Origin: an uncultured Alphaproteobacteria bacterium
Lineage (GTDB): Bacteria; Pseudomonadota; Alphaproteobacteria; HIMB59; GCA-002718135
Assembly: GCA_902575375.1 (NCBI GenBank)
Contig: CACGRD010000003.1
Location: 300-64,299, forward strand
Reading direction: 5' to 3'
Length of the DNA stretch: 64,000 bases
Below, piece by piece: positions 9,140 to 18,771 of the stretch. A program made the position numbers and the translations under genes. The notes below the pieces were generated by a model. The model searched no databases. It saw only the letters and a program-made list of their open reading frames with translations, and was not told the origin of the DNA. Numbering within the stretch: the first letter of the stretch is position 1; each line of letters opens with the position of its first letter.

Positions 9140-9934
9140 TTAAATATATTCAAATTCAATTGAACCTAATTGATTAAAATCAGCTTTAATTTTACTTTTA
9201 GGATAAATTCTAAATGCTTTAGTGCAAGATCCAGAGCTAATAAACTGACCTTTAAGCATTGGCTCGCCTTTTTCTGCAAGATTGTTTATCAGCCAAAGAA
9301 CTGCATTTAATGGATTATCCAATACATTTTTTGTATTTCCAGTATCTACAATTGTGTTATTTATTAATAAACTTACTTCAAAATTGTTAAGATCTACATC
9401 TTTAATTTTAATTAAATTTTCATCACGTATCCAAAATTCTGAGGCCCCATTAGTTGATATTACATTTAAGGCGCCAATCTCTGATAATGGTTTTCTAAAT
9501 CTAAAATCAACTATTTCAACTGAACAAAATAAACCATCTAATAAATAATCTAGGTCTTTAAATTTGAAAGGTGCTTTAGAAATATTTATATCATCTTTTA
9601 TTCTGAAACTAATTTCTGGTTCAACATATGGTTCATAGAAATTTTTAGAATTTAATAATTTAATATTTTTTGAACTGTATCGGTTAAATAGATTTCCATA
9701 GAAAGGCTCTTTTATATTCATCTGTTTCTGAGCAGCTAAAGATGTGCATCCAACTTTTTTTCCAATACAGAAATTATCATTTAATTCTAAATATCTGAGT
9801 TTAAGATTTTCTTGTATTTCATAAGCATCATTAATTGTTTTTGGTTCTAAATGTTTTAACGAACTTAATCCTGTTTTATTTAACCTATGTTCAAATAAAA
9901 TTTTTGATGCTTCTTGAATATTTTCTTTGATCAT
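9140..9934 (-). CDS. 2-keto-4-pentenoate hydratase / 2-oxohepta-3-ene-1,7-dioate hydratase family (MhpD-like)
   Basis: The AYEIQENL and GKKVGCTSLAAQKQM N-terminal blocks and the 264-aa length fit. An ATGA overlap joins it to the upstream gene. Confidence 0.65.
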   Translation of the reverse strand: MIKENIQEASKILFEHRLNKTGLSSLKHLEPKTINDAYEIQENLKLRYLELNDNFCIGKKVGCTSLAAQKQMNIKEPFYGNLFNRYSSKNIKLLNSKNFYEPYVEPEISFRIKDDINISKAPFKFKDLDYLLDGLFCSVEIVDFRFRKPLSEIGALNVISTNGASEFWIRDENLIKIKDVDLNNFEVSLLINNTIVDTGNTKNVLDNPLNAVLWLINNLAEKGEPMLKGQFISSGSCTKAFRIYPKSKIKADFNQLGSIEFEYI

Positions 9935-10644
9935 ATTTGAATTGAATATTCATTTATTTCTTCATAGATCTCTTGGCATTCTTTATAAATATTTATAAAA
10001 TCTTTAGGCACATTGTAATCTTTTTTACTATTAGTATTAAATGTTGATGTTGAAATCACATCCTGATACCAAACTTTAGACCAAATTCCATCAGTATCTC
10101 TATAACCTTTTGGCCAATTGAGCATTTTTTCTTCAAAGTTTAAATTTAATTTTTTACATAAAATTTTTAAATATTTTTCTGGATTTTCCAATAAATAATC
10201 TGAATTAATTACAATTGGTTTTTTTGAATTTAATAATTTAAAAATTTGATAAAGTTTTTCAAATCCAACATCTTTTATTGATCTTAAAGTATTTTTTTTT
10301 ATGTATGAAACAATTACTTTTGCTGGATCACGAATTAAAAAACAATTTAAGCCTTTATTTATCCACTCTAAATTTGTTTCATCTAAAATGTGATGAGTCA
10401 TATGTTTTTGATAAAATATTTTATAATTATCATCATTTTTTGTAATTAAATTTATAATTTCTTTTTCTTCAAATGGATAAGTATTTATAATTTCTTCTTT
10501 CATAGGATGATTCAAATTAGTATGTTTTAGGTAATATGCATAAAAAGGCTCATCATAAACTTTTGTATCAGTCCTATTACCAAATGATCTCATTAATGCA
10601 GTACTGATATTTCTAGGACCTGACCACATAAATATATTAAGCAT
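9931..10644 (-). CDS. sulfotransferase-like P-loop-related protein (function uncertain)
   Basis: The N-terminus MWSGPRNISTALMRSFGNRTDTKVYDEPFYAYYL resembles a conserved marine/cyanobacterial sulfotransferase-like family, recalled from memory only. Confidence 0.4.
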   Translation of the reverse strand: MLNIFMWSGPRNISTALMRSFGNRTDTKVYDEPFYAYYLKHTNLNHPMKEEIINTYPFEEKEIINLITKNDDNYKIFYQKHMTHHILDETNLEWINKGLNCFLIRDPAKVIVSYIKKNTLRSIKDVGFEKLYQIFKLLNSKKPIVINSDYLLENPEKYLKILCKKLNLNFEEKMLNWPKGYRDTDGIWSKVWYQDVISTSTFNTNSKKDYNVPKDFINIYKECQEIYEEINEYSIQI

Positions 10645-11535
10645 TTAAAATAAATTATTATAAAAATTTGATAATTTTATTGTTACTGGATTATTTTCTA
10701 GAGAGAATTTTCTTTTATTTATTGCATTAACGGGTACAATACCTGCAAATGAACCAGTTACAAATGCTTCATCAGCATTTAATACTTCTTTTAACTTAAA
10801 GTTCTTTTCTTTTACTTTGATTTTATTTTTTTTACATAATTCTATAATTTTTTTTCTAGTAATACCTGTTACACAATATTTACCAGTTGAGGTAAAAACC
10901 GTGTTATCTTTTACAAAGAAGAAATGCGTACTATTATTTGTTGCTATATTTCCATTAATATCAAACATTAGAGCCTCATCTGCATTTTTTTTATTAGCCT
11001 CAATACAAGCTAGAATACAATTTAGCTTACTAAGTGAATTTATTTGTGGATTTTGAACATTAATAGGACCTCTTATTGTATTTACTGTAACTAATTTTAA
11101 TCCCTTTTTATAAGTTTTTGTATCAGGCTTTTTATATTCTGGAATAATTATCACTGTTGGGTTAGAAATTGTTACTCTTGGAGATTGATAAGGAGTAGAT
11201 TTAATTCCTCTAGAAATAATTATTCTTAAATGAACATCTGTTTTCATTTTATTAATCTTAATTGTCTTCTTTAAGGCTTCAGTAAGTTTTTGACGTGATA
11301 AATGAATTTTTAGGTCAATTAGTTTAGCGTCTTTATACAATCTATTTAAATGATCCTTAAGAAAAACAAAATTATTATTATGATACCTTAATGAGTCCCA
11401 GACTCCATCTCCAAGAAGAACTGATGAATCAAAAACTGATATCTTAGCATCTTTTCTTTTATAAAATTTACCATTTATATAAATTTTTATATTATTATTT
11501 CTTTTATCTTTTAGAAAATCATGACTTGAAACCAT
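10645..11535 (-). CDS. PLP fold-type IV aminotransferase (branched-chain / D-amino acid aminotransferase or ADC-lyase family)
   Basis: SVFDSSVLLGDGVWDSLR, a Lys region INSLSKLNCILA, and a C-terminal EAFVTGSFAGIVPV block. Confidence 0.75.
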   Translation of the reverse strand: MVSSHDFLKDKRNNNIKIYINGKFYKRKDAKISVFDSSVLLGDGVWDSLRYHNNNFVFLKDHLNRLYKDAKLIDLKIHLSRQKLTEALKKTIKINKMKTDVHLRIIISRGIKSTPYQSPRVTISNPTVIIIPEYKKPDTKTYKKGLKLVTVNTIRGPINVQNPQINSLSKLNCILACIEANKKNADEALMFDINGNIATNNSTHFFFVKDNTVFTSTGKYCVTGITRKKIIELCKKNKIKVKEKNFKLKEVLNADEAFVTGSFAGIVPVNAINKRKFSLENNPVTIKLSNFYNNLF

Positions 11536-11651
11536 TATTATTTCTATCGTAATAGTTATGATTGATCTATTAAATAATAAAAATATAAAATTGAAAACAA
11601 AAGAGTGACTTATATTAAAATTAATATAACGAAATATAATTCAATTTAAAT

Positions 11652-12815
11652 ATGTTTAACAAAAATTTTATCGTTATTTGCCTATCCTCTATGATTTCAG
11701 CTTTTCCACCAATGATTGTTGTTCTATTAGGGGGAATTATAACTTCTAAAATAATGTTAAAAAACTCATTAGCAACTTTGCCAATGACTTTAATGATTAT
11801 TGGTATAGCATTGTCTGCACCAATTGCATCAAAATTAATGAGTATTTGGGGCAGGAAAAAAGGTTTTATTTTTTCTTCTTTTCTAAGTACTTTCGCATTA
11901 TTATTATGTTCATTATCAATATATAATCAGGACTTTATTATTTTTGCTGTAGGAAACTTTTTAATTGGATCTTCTCAAGCATTTTCTAATCAATATAGGT
12001 TTGCGGCATCAGAGTCAGTTTCTAAGGAAAATATACCAAGGTCTATATCTATAATTTTATTGTTAGGGATTATATCTGCTTTATTGTCTACTAATTTTTC
12101 TGAATACTTTAAAGATTATTTCCCAGATTACTTGTTCCTTGGCAGCTATATATTTTTATCTATAACAGCTACAATTCCAATTTTTATTCTTTTATTTTAT
12201 GAGGATAATGTAAATATTAAAAATAAAAGTAAATTTCAGTACAAAACTATTGTCTCTCTATTAAAAAATATAAAAATTCTACAATCTATTATTAGCGCAG
12301 GATTTGGATATTTTACAATGGCAATTATCATGACGGCAACACCATTACATATGCATTTAGTGAACAATTTTACCTTATTTCAAACAAGTATAGTTATACA
12401 ATTTCATGTTATAGGAATGTTCCTGCCTTCATTATTTTCTGGAGATCTTGTAAAAAAATTTGGAAATACTAATATAATTTATTCTGGTGTGATTATTTTA
12501 TTTATTAGTATAATTATTAATACATCATTTGATTTTTACTATTCATATTTGATGGGTTTGATATTACTTGGCATAGGTTGGAATTTTTTATTTGTTTCTG
12601 GATCTAGTTTGTTAGTTGTTTCTTACGAAGAAAAAGATAAGTTTACCGCACAAGGTTTAAATGATTTTATTGTTTTTTCTACACAAGGCATAGGAGCTTT
12701 ATCTGCTGGTTTTCTTCTATATTATTCTAATTGGCAAATACTAAATATACTTTGTATTCCACTTTTGATAGTTGTTACATTAGTTTCGTTTCGTGCATCC
12801 AAAAAATCAATTTAA
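11652..12815 (+). CDS. MFS transporter
   Basis: About 12 predicted TM segments and a WGRKKG loop between TM2 and TM3. Confidence 0.7.
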   Translation: MFNKNFIVICLSSMISAFPPMIVVLLGGIITSKIMLKNSLATLPMTLMIIGIALSAPIASKLMSIWGRKKGFIFSSFLSTFALLLCSLSIYNQDFIIFAVGNFLIGSSQAFSNQYRFAASESVSKENIPRSISIILLLGIISALLSTNFSEYFKDYFPDYLFLGSYIFLSITATIPIFILLFYEDNVNIKNKSKFQYKTIVSLLKNIKILQSIISAGFGYFTMAIIMTATPLHMHLVNNFTLFQTSIVIQFHVIGMFLPSLFSGDLVKKFGNTNIIYSGVIILFISIIINTSFDFYYSYLMGLILLGIGWNFLFVSGSSLLVVSYEEKDKFTAQGLNDFIVFSTQGIGALSAGFLLYYSNWQILNILCIPLLIVVTLVSFRASKKSI

Positions 12816-12860
12816 TATAAAAATCTTTAAAAATTAGATATTTTATTTATAGTTATTTTA

Positions 12861-13721
12861 ATGACTAAAGTGGTCTTTATTGGTGTTGGATATATGGGTT
12901 ATGGAATGGTTAAAAACTTATTAAAAAAACACAATGTTTTTATTTTTGCTCATAAAAATAGAAAACCAATAAATAAATTAGTAAAATTAGGAGCAATAGA
13001 ATTAAAATCTTATAAAGAATTAAAAAATAATAATTTAAATTGTTTAATGCTTTGTGTAACTAATACCCCGATTGCACTTAAGGTGGCTAACGAAATTAAG
13101 AATTTCATAAATAAAAAAACAATTATTATTGATCTTACCACACATGATAAAAAAGGTGCATCACAAATGAATAAAATTTTTAAATCTAAAAATATCGATT
13201 ATAATTTTTGTGGAGTTATGGGAGGCCCAGTTCAAAGTGAACAAGGTATACTAGGCGGTATTTATGGAGGTAAGAAAAGAAATTTTTTAAAATGTAAAAA
13301 GTACCTTAATGCTTTCTGTAAGTCTGTCTTTAATTTTGGTGATGTATCTAAGGCATCTTCTGCAAAATTATTGTCTAACTTTTTATCATTAATGACTACT
13401 ACTAGTGTAATAGAATTTTTTAAATCTGCAAAAAAACTAGACATTAATATTAAGCTCTTATGTGATGTTGCTAGATTGGGTTCTGGAAATTCAGGAGCTT
13501 TAGATAGAATTGCAGATAAAGCTATAAAAGGTAATTACAAGGGATATGTTTTTTCTGTAGATAATACATATAAAGATTTGAATTATATTAATGACCTTGT
13601 TTCAGATTTACCAAATGCCAATAAACTTTCTAAAATGGCAAAATCATTTTACAAACAAGCTTCAAAAAAAGGTTTTGGAAACTTACTAGTTAGTGAATTA
13701 ATCGATAAGGAAAAATATTAA
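12861..13721 (+). CDS. NAD(P)-dependent beta-hydroxyacid dehydrogenase family protein (second paralogue in the window)
   Basis: N-terminal VVFIGVGYMGYGMV Rossmann motif, and the same length class as ORF 1457-2332. Confidence 0.7.
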   Translation: MTKVVFIGVGYMGYGMVKNLLKKHNVFIFAHKNRKPINKLVKLGAIELKSYKELKNNNLNCLMLCVTNTPIALKVANEIKNFINKKTIIIDLTTHDKKGASQMNKIFKSKNIDYNFCGVMGGPVQSEQGILGGIYGGKKRNFLKCKKYLNAFCKSVFNFGDVSKASSAKLLSNFLSLMTTTSVIEFFKSAKKLDINIKLLCDVARLGSGNSGALDRIADKAIKGNYKGYVFSVDNTYKDLNYINDLVSDLPNANKLSKMAKSFYKQASKKGFGNLLVSELIDKEKY

Positions 13722-13724
13722 TAA

Positions 13725-13895
13725 ATGGATAAGCTAGTTCCAATTATCTACATGATTGGGGTTCTTTTATTGATTTTACCATCTTTCTTAAGCTCGAATA
13801 ATAATTTAAAAACTTTTTTTACTAATTTATCTATTTGGGTAGCTATAGTATTGGTTGTATTGTCTTTTTACTTTGCCTACAATTATTTTCTTTGA
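13725..13895 (+). CDS. possible small 2-TM membrane protein (56 aa, below the ORF-track cutoff)
   Basis: Hand translation gives MDKLVPIIYMIGVLLLILPSFLSSNNNLKTFFTNLSIWVAIVLVVLSFYFAYNYFL. It starts 4 nt after the upstream stop. Confidence 0.25.
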   Translation: MDKLVPIIYMIGVLLLILPSFLSSNNNLKTFFTNLSIWVAIVLVVLSFYFAYNYFL

Positions 13896-13963
13896 TTCAT
13901 TAAATCAAATTTAATTTATTTAGATGTAGACTAATTTAATACAAATATTTATACGAGTCTTCC

Positions 13964-15073
13964 ATGCCAAATCAATTTGTAGCCAAATCGAGAAGATTAA
14001 GAAGTACTATTTATTCTTCAAGAATTGAAACCCAAGGCGTTACTTCTTATACAATATACAATCATATGTTACTTCCTGCAGGTTTTGAGGGAAGTCTTGA
14101 AGAAACATATAACCATTTAAAAAATCATGTTCAAATATGGGATGTAGCTGCCGAGAGACAAATAGAAATTAAGGGTAAGGATGCCTATCAATTAGTTCAA
14201 TTGATGACTTGTAGGGATTTAAGTGAAGCTAAAGATGGTAAATGTTACTACTGTCCCATAATTGATGAAAATGGTGGAATGATAAATGATCCCGTGATTT
14301 TGAAATTTAACCAAGAAAAGTGGTGGATATCAATTGCTGATTCAGATGTAATGTTATTTGCCAAAGGTCTTGCAATAGGAAAAAAATTTGAAGTTTCTAT
14401 TTCTGAGCCTGATGTAAATATTATGGCTGTACAAGGTCCTAAAGCTTTTAATTTGTTAGAGAAAATTTTTGGTAAAGAGATTTTAGATTTAAAATTTTAC
14501 AATTTTAAATATTTTAATTTTAATAATTCTAAACATTTAATTGCTAGATCAGGTTGGTCGAAACAGGGTGGTGTCGAAATTTATGTTGAGGACTCTCAAT
14601 CTGGTTTAGAATTGTATGACTTATTTTTTGAAGAAGGTAAAGAATTTAACGTCAAACCAGGATGCCCACATTTAATTGAAAGAATTGAAAGTGGCTTGCT
14701 ATCTTATGGAAATGACATGGATATAAATGATAATCCTTTGGAATGTGGTATGGATAAGTTCGTTAAATTAGACAATGATATTAACTTCTTAGGTAAAGAA
14801 AAATTAATACAAATAAAGAATTCTGGAATTAAAAAAAAATTAATGGGTGTAAAAATAAATGCTGATAAAATCAATTTAAGATATGCAATTAATTTAACAA
14901 TTGATAATAAAATTATAGGAGAAATTAGATCCGCTTGTTATTCACCAACATTTAAAAAGGTAATTGGAATAGCAATGATATTTAATCCATATTTTATGAA
15001 AAAAAATGAATTTAATATAGTCATTGATAATAATTTACATACCGGTGAAATTTGCGAAATACCTTTTGTTTAA
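13964..15073 (+). CDS. dmdA: GcvT-family aminomethyltransferase, DMSP demethylase (DmdA)-like
   Basis: [33 protein letters not shown] and [19 protein letters not shown] resemble the DmdA N-terminus as I recall it. The 369-aa length equals Pelagibacter DmdA. The family call is firm; the substrate call is an inference. Confidence 0.6.
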   Translation: MPNQFVAKSRRLRSTIYSSRIETQGVTSYTIYNHMLLPAGFEGSLEETYNHLKNHVQIWDVAAERQIEIKGKDAYQLVQLMTCRDLSEAKDGKCYYCPIIDENGGMINDPVILKFNQEKWWISIADSDVMLFAKGLAIGKKFEVSISEPDVNIMAVQGPKAFNLLEKIFGKEILDLKFYNFKYFNFNNSKHLIARSGWSKQGGVEIYVEDSQSGLELYDLFFEEGKEFNVKPGCPHLIERIESGLLSYGNDMDINDNPLECGMDKFVKLDNDINFLGKEKLIQIKNSGIKKKLMGVKINADKINLRYAINLTIDNKIIGEIRSACYSPTFKKVIGIAMIFNPYFMKKNEFNIVIDNNLHTGEICEIPFV

Positions 15074-15082
15074 AAAATATTA

Positions 15083-15970
15083 ATGTCTAAAAATTTTAAA
15101 GCTATAATATTAGCTTTAATTGCTTCATTTTGTGCAGTTTTGATGTCAGTATTTTTAAAATTAGCACAAGAAGACTCTAATGTTTTTACAATAGGTTTTT
15201 TGAGATTTTTTTTTGGATTATTATTAATTACACCTATTATTATTCAATCAAGCTTTAAAATTTATAATACAATTAATTTCAAACTACATATTTTACGATG
15301 TATTATTAATGTCCCAATGATGATTTTTGGATTTGCAGCATTAACATATATTCCTCTAGAGCAAATTAAAGCTATCGGTTTTCTAAGTCCAATTCTTGTA
15401 GTAATACTAAGTGTAATTTTTTTAGGTGAAAGAATTTATTTAATACGTACTTTTTCATTAATATTAGGTTTCATAGGAACATTAATTATTTTACGTCCTG
15501 GATTTATAGAAATTAATATTGGCGTATATATGGTTTTAGCATCAGCTCTATTATGGTCTTGTGTTATTATTATTACTAAATTCATGTCAAAAAATGACTC
15601 TGCTATGACAATTCTTACATTTCAATATACTTTTGTAACTTTGTTTACTTTACCTTTAGCTATTATTTATTGGAATAACCCATCTTTTATATCGCTAATT
15701 TATACTCTTCTTGCTGCAATTGTGGGTACTGTTTTACATCTTTGTATAAATAACGCTTATAAATTATCAGATTTATCAATCATTCAGCCAGTATGGTTTA
15801 CCCAATTAGTTTTTGCATCATTTTTAGGTTTTGTTATTTTTGGCTCTTTACCAGATTTTTTTACATGGATTGGAGCAATTTTAGTATTTATATCAGTACT
15901 TATAATCACAGATAGAGAAAATTATTTAAAGAAAGATATAGCAAAAACATCAATTCCGCTTAAAAACTAA
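15083..15970 (+). CDS. EamA/DMT family transporter
   Basis: Ten-TM profile in two repeated halves, 295 aa. Confidence 0.75.
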   Translation: MSKNFKAIILALIASFCAVLMSVFLKLAQEDSNVFTIGFLRFFFGLLLITPIIIQSSFKIYNTINFKLHILRCIINVPMMIFGFAALTYIPLEQIKAIGFLSPILVVILSVIFLGERIYLIRTFSLILGFIGTLIILRPGFIEINIGVYMVLASALLWSCVIIITKFMSKNDSAMTILTFQYTFVTLFTLPLAIIYWNNPSFISLIYTLLAAIVGTVLHLCINNAYKLSDLSIIQPVWFTQLVFASFLGFVIFGSLPDFFTWIGAILVFISVLIITDRENYLKKDIAKTSIPLKN

Positions 15971-15979
15971 TTAAATAAA

Positions 15980-16900
15980 ATGATTTCAAAATATAAATAT
16001 TTCGGAATGTGGCCTGTGGCACCTACACCTTTTCATGACAATGGAGAAGTTGATTACGATGGAATGGAAAGGGTCCTGGACTGTATGGTAGATCAGAAAG
16101 TTCAAGGAATATGCATTCTTGCTAATTACTCTGAACAATTTTTACTCTCAGATGATGAAAGAGAGAAATTAACAAAACTGTGCATGAAAAAAATTGATGG
16201 TAGAGTCAAAACGATAGTTACAGTAAGTCATTTTGCAACTGATATTGTTCGCCCTAGAGCAGAGTTATCAAAATCATTAGGTGCGGATATTATAATGATG
16301 ATGCCTCCTTATCATGGTGCATTGTTAAAGGGTAATCCAGATCAAATATTTGAACAATTTAATGAAATTTCTAAAGTGGGAATACCAATTATGATACAAG
16401 ATGCGCCTTTATCTGGAATTGATCTTTCAGTTCCATTACTGACAAAAATGATAAATGAGATTGAGAATTTAACATGTTTTAAAATTGAAAGTGCTCAAGC
16501 TGCGTCAAAAATAAAAGCACTAATTAATAATTGTGGTGAAAGATTAGATGCTCCTTTCGATGGAGAAGAAAGTATTACTCTGTATGCAGATTTAGAAGCT
16601 GGAATTTCTGGTAGTATGAGTTCAGCATTACTTCCAGAAAAAATTGCTCCTGTAATTGATCATTTTTGGAATAATGAAAAAGATAAAGCTGAAGAAGTGT
16701 ATAATAATATTCTGCCTTTAATAAATTTTGAAAATAGACAATGTGGTTTCAGAGCTACGAAAACAGTAATGAAAGAGGGTGGAGTTATTAAATCAGATTT
16801 CTGCAGAGATCCAATTAAACCTTTAGATCAAGATACAAAAAATTTATTATTAAATTTTGCTAAAAGATACGATTTACTTACTTATAAATGGGGCAAGTAG
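15980..16900 (+). CDS. dihydrodipicolinate synthase / N-acetylneuraminate lyase family (class I aldolase)
   Basis: Blocks VAPTPFHDNGEVDYDGMERVLD, LSDDEREKL, IMMMPPYH and FKIE (Lys region). Confidence 0.7.
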   Translation: MISKYKYFGMWPVAPTPFHDNGEVDYDGMERVLDCMVDQKVQGICILANYSEQFLLSDDEREKLTKLCMKKIDGRVKTIVTVSHFATDIVRPRAELSKSLGADIIMMMPPYHGALLKGNPDQIFEQFNEISKVGIPIMIQDAPLSGIDLSVPLLTKMINEIENLTCFKIESAQAASKIKALINNCGERLDAPFDGEESITLYADLEAGISGSMSSALLPEKIAPVIDHFWNNEKDKAEEVYNNILPLINFENRQCGFRATKTVMKEGGVIKSDFCRDPIKPLDQDTKNLLLNFAKRYDLLTYKWGK

Positions 16901-16944
16901 TAAAATTTAATTGACAAATATTATTTAAAAATTACTTATATTGA

Positions 16945-17463
16945 ATGCGTAGATTGTTTGAAGGATTACTAGAAAGAGCAATGTTTTCGAGCAGATGGGC
17001 TTTAGCTCCTGTTTACGTTGCGCTATGTCTTACTCTACTAGTTATTACATACAAAGTTATTGCATTATTCATTTATGAAATTACACACTTAAATGAATTA
17101 ACCTTAAATGAACTTCTTGTATTTGTTTTGCATATTGTTGACTTAGCTCTTGTTGGAAATTTAGTTTTAATGGTAATTTTTGCTGGATACGAGAATTTCG
17201 TGTCTAAAATAGATATCGCAAATCAATCTGAAGATAAACCAGAGTGGATGGGTAAACTCGATTTTTCAGGTTTAAAATTAAAACTTATTGCCTCAATAGT
17301 AGCTATTTCAAGTATCGGTTTGCTAGAAGCTTTTATTGATGTAGGTTCGAAAACATCAGAAGAAATATATTTAATGATATTTATTCATGCCGTATTTATT
17401 TTATCAGGCTTAGTCATAGCAATAATGGATTATATTAGCGGAATTACTAAACATCACCCATAA
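16945..17463 (+). CDS. UPF0114 / YqhA family membrane protein
   Basis: The N-terminus RLFEGLLERAMFSSRWALAPVY and a 4-TM layout are typical of YqhA. Confidence 0.6.
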   Translation: MRRLFEGLLERAMFSSRWALAPVYVALCLTLLVITYKVIALFIYEITHLNELTLNELLVFVLHIVDLALVGNLVLMVIFAGYENFVSKIDIANQSEDKPEWMGKLDFSGLKLKLIASIVAISSIGLLEAFIDVGSKTSEEIYLMIFIHAVFILSGLVIAIMDYISGITKHHP

Positions 17464-17473
17464 TTAAATAAAA

Positions 17474-18760
17474 ATGAATCTGGATAAGTTTTTTGATGAA
17501 AAAACTGTCATAGATTTAAGTTTTTTTAATTTCTCTAATGCTGTCACAGCAGCTTATTTTGCCAATCGAAATTTAGAAGTTTTGCGGGTTAATAAAAACT
17601 TTAAAAAATTTTTTCCAATTCTCAAAACTGTAAATAACATACCTTTTACTAGTATTTTAGAACAACTTGGTGTTGGAGATGAATATATTAAAAATTTTCA
17701 ACAAAATTTAGAAAAAAAAGGTTCTGTTATTATTCCAAAAATAGAAATCAAAATTGGAGATGAAATTAAAGTTTACTCTTTACTTTCCGCTTATACTGAA
17801 AACAAAGATTTTCCTTTTTTAAATGGTATTCAAGGGCAATTTGTTGATCGAACAGACGAATATAATCTTCGAAGAGAGAAGGAAGAATTACTTGATCAAA
17901 AATTAAAAGATAGAGAGTTGATAGAAGAAAAAACTAAAAGATTAGAAAATATTGCTAATAGGTTATCAAAATATCTTTCACCTCAAGTATATAAATCTAT
18001 TTTTGATGAAGAAGAGTCAGGTAAAAAAACAAAAGAAAGTTATGTCAGAAAAAATTTAACAATATTTTTCTCTGATATTGTAAATTTTACTGATTTATCT
18101 GATTCATTAGAAGCAGAAAAACTTGCTCTTATCTTAAATAATTATCTTAGTGAAATGAGTTTAATTGCAATAAATTCAAATGCTACAATTGATAAATTTA
18201 TTGGTGATGCAATACTTTCCTTTCATGGCGCTCCTGAAACACTAGGAGATGAGAATGATGCAATTAATTGTATAAATATGGCTTTGGAAATGAAAGAACG
18301 AGTTAATGAACTGCAATCTTTCTGGATTAGACAGGGTGTTAAAGATGGATTGAAGGTAAGGTATGGCATCTCTTCAGGTTTTGCAAATGTTGGTGATTTC
18401 GGATCTAGTGTAATGAGTGATTATACAGCGATAGGTTCCTCTGTAAATCTAGCATCTAGATTACAATCCATTGCTCCTGAAAATGAAATTATTATTTCTG
18501 ATACAACTTATAATTTAATTAAGAATCAAATTAATTGTGAAGAGTACAAAGAAATAACACCTAAGGGTTTTGTGAGACCTGTTAAAACTTACAAGGTAAT
18601 TAGTTTTAAAAATAAAAGTAATAGTAAAACAAAAAAATCATATTCGAAAAAAGGTAAGCACGTAGATATTCAAATATTTGATAGTTCCAATATGAAAGCT
18701 GCAATGAAAGAATTAAAAAAACTACAAGAAGATTTTAGTAAAGAAATTGAAGATGAATAG
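17474..18760 (+). CDS. class III adenylate/guanylate cyclase with an N-terminal sensor-like domain and a coiled coil
   Basis: Cyclase core LTIFFSDIVNFTDLSD ... KFIGDAILSFHGAP ... YTAIGSSVNLASRLQS. Confidence 0.8.
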   Translation: MNLDKFFDEKTVIDLSFFNFSNAVTAAYFANRNLEVLRVNKNFKKFFPILKTVNNIPFTSILEQLGVGDEYIKNFQQNLEKKGSVIIPKIEIKIGDEIKVYSLLSAYTENKDFPFLNGIQGQFVDRTDEYNLRREKEELLDQKLKDRELIEEKTKRLENIANRLSKYLSPQVYKSIFDEEESGKKTKESYVRKNLTIFFSDIVNFTDLSDSLEAEKLALILNNYLSEMSLIAINSNATIDKFIGDAILSFHGAPETLGDENDAINCINMALEMKERVNELQSFWIRQGVKDGLKVRYGISSGFANVGDFGSSVMSDYTAIGSSVNLASRLQSIAPENEIIISDTTYNLIKNQINCEEYKEITPKGFVRPVKTYKVISFKNKSNSKTKKSYSKKGKHVDIQIFDSSNMKAAMKELKKLQEDFSKEIEDE

Positions 18761-18771
18761 GGGAGATTATT

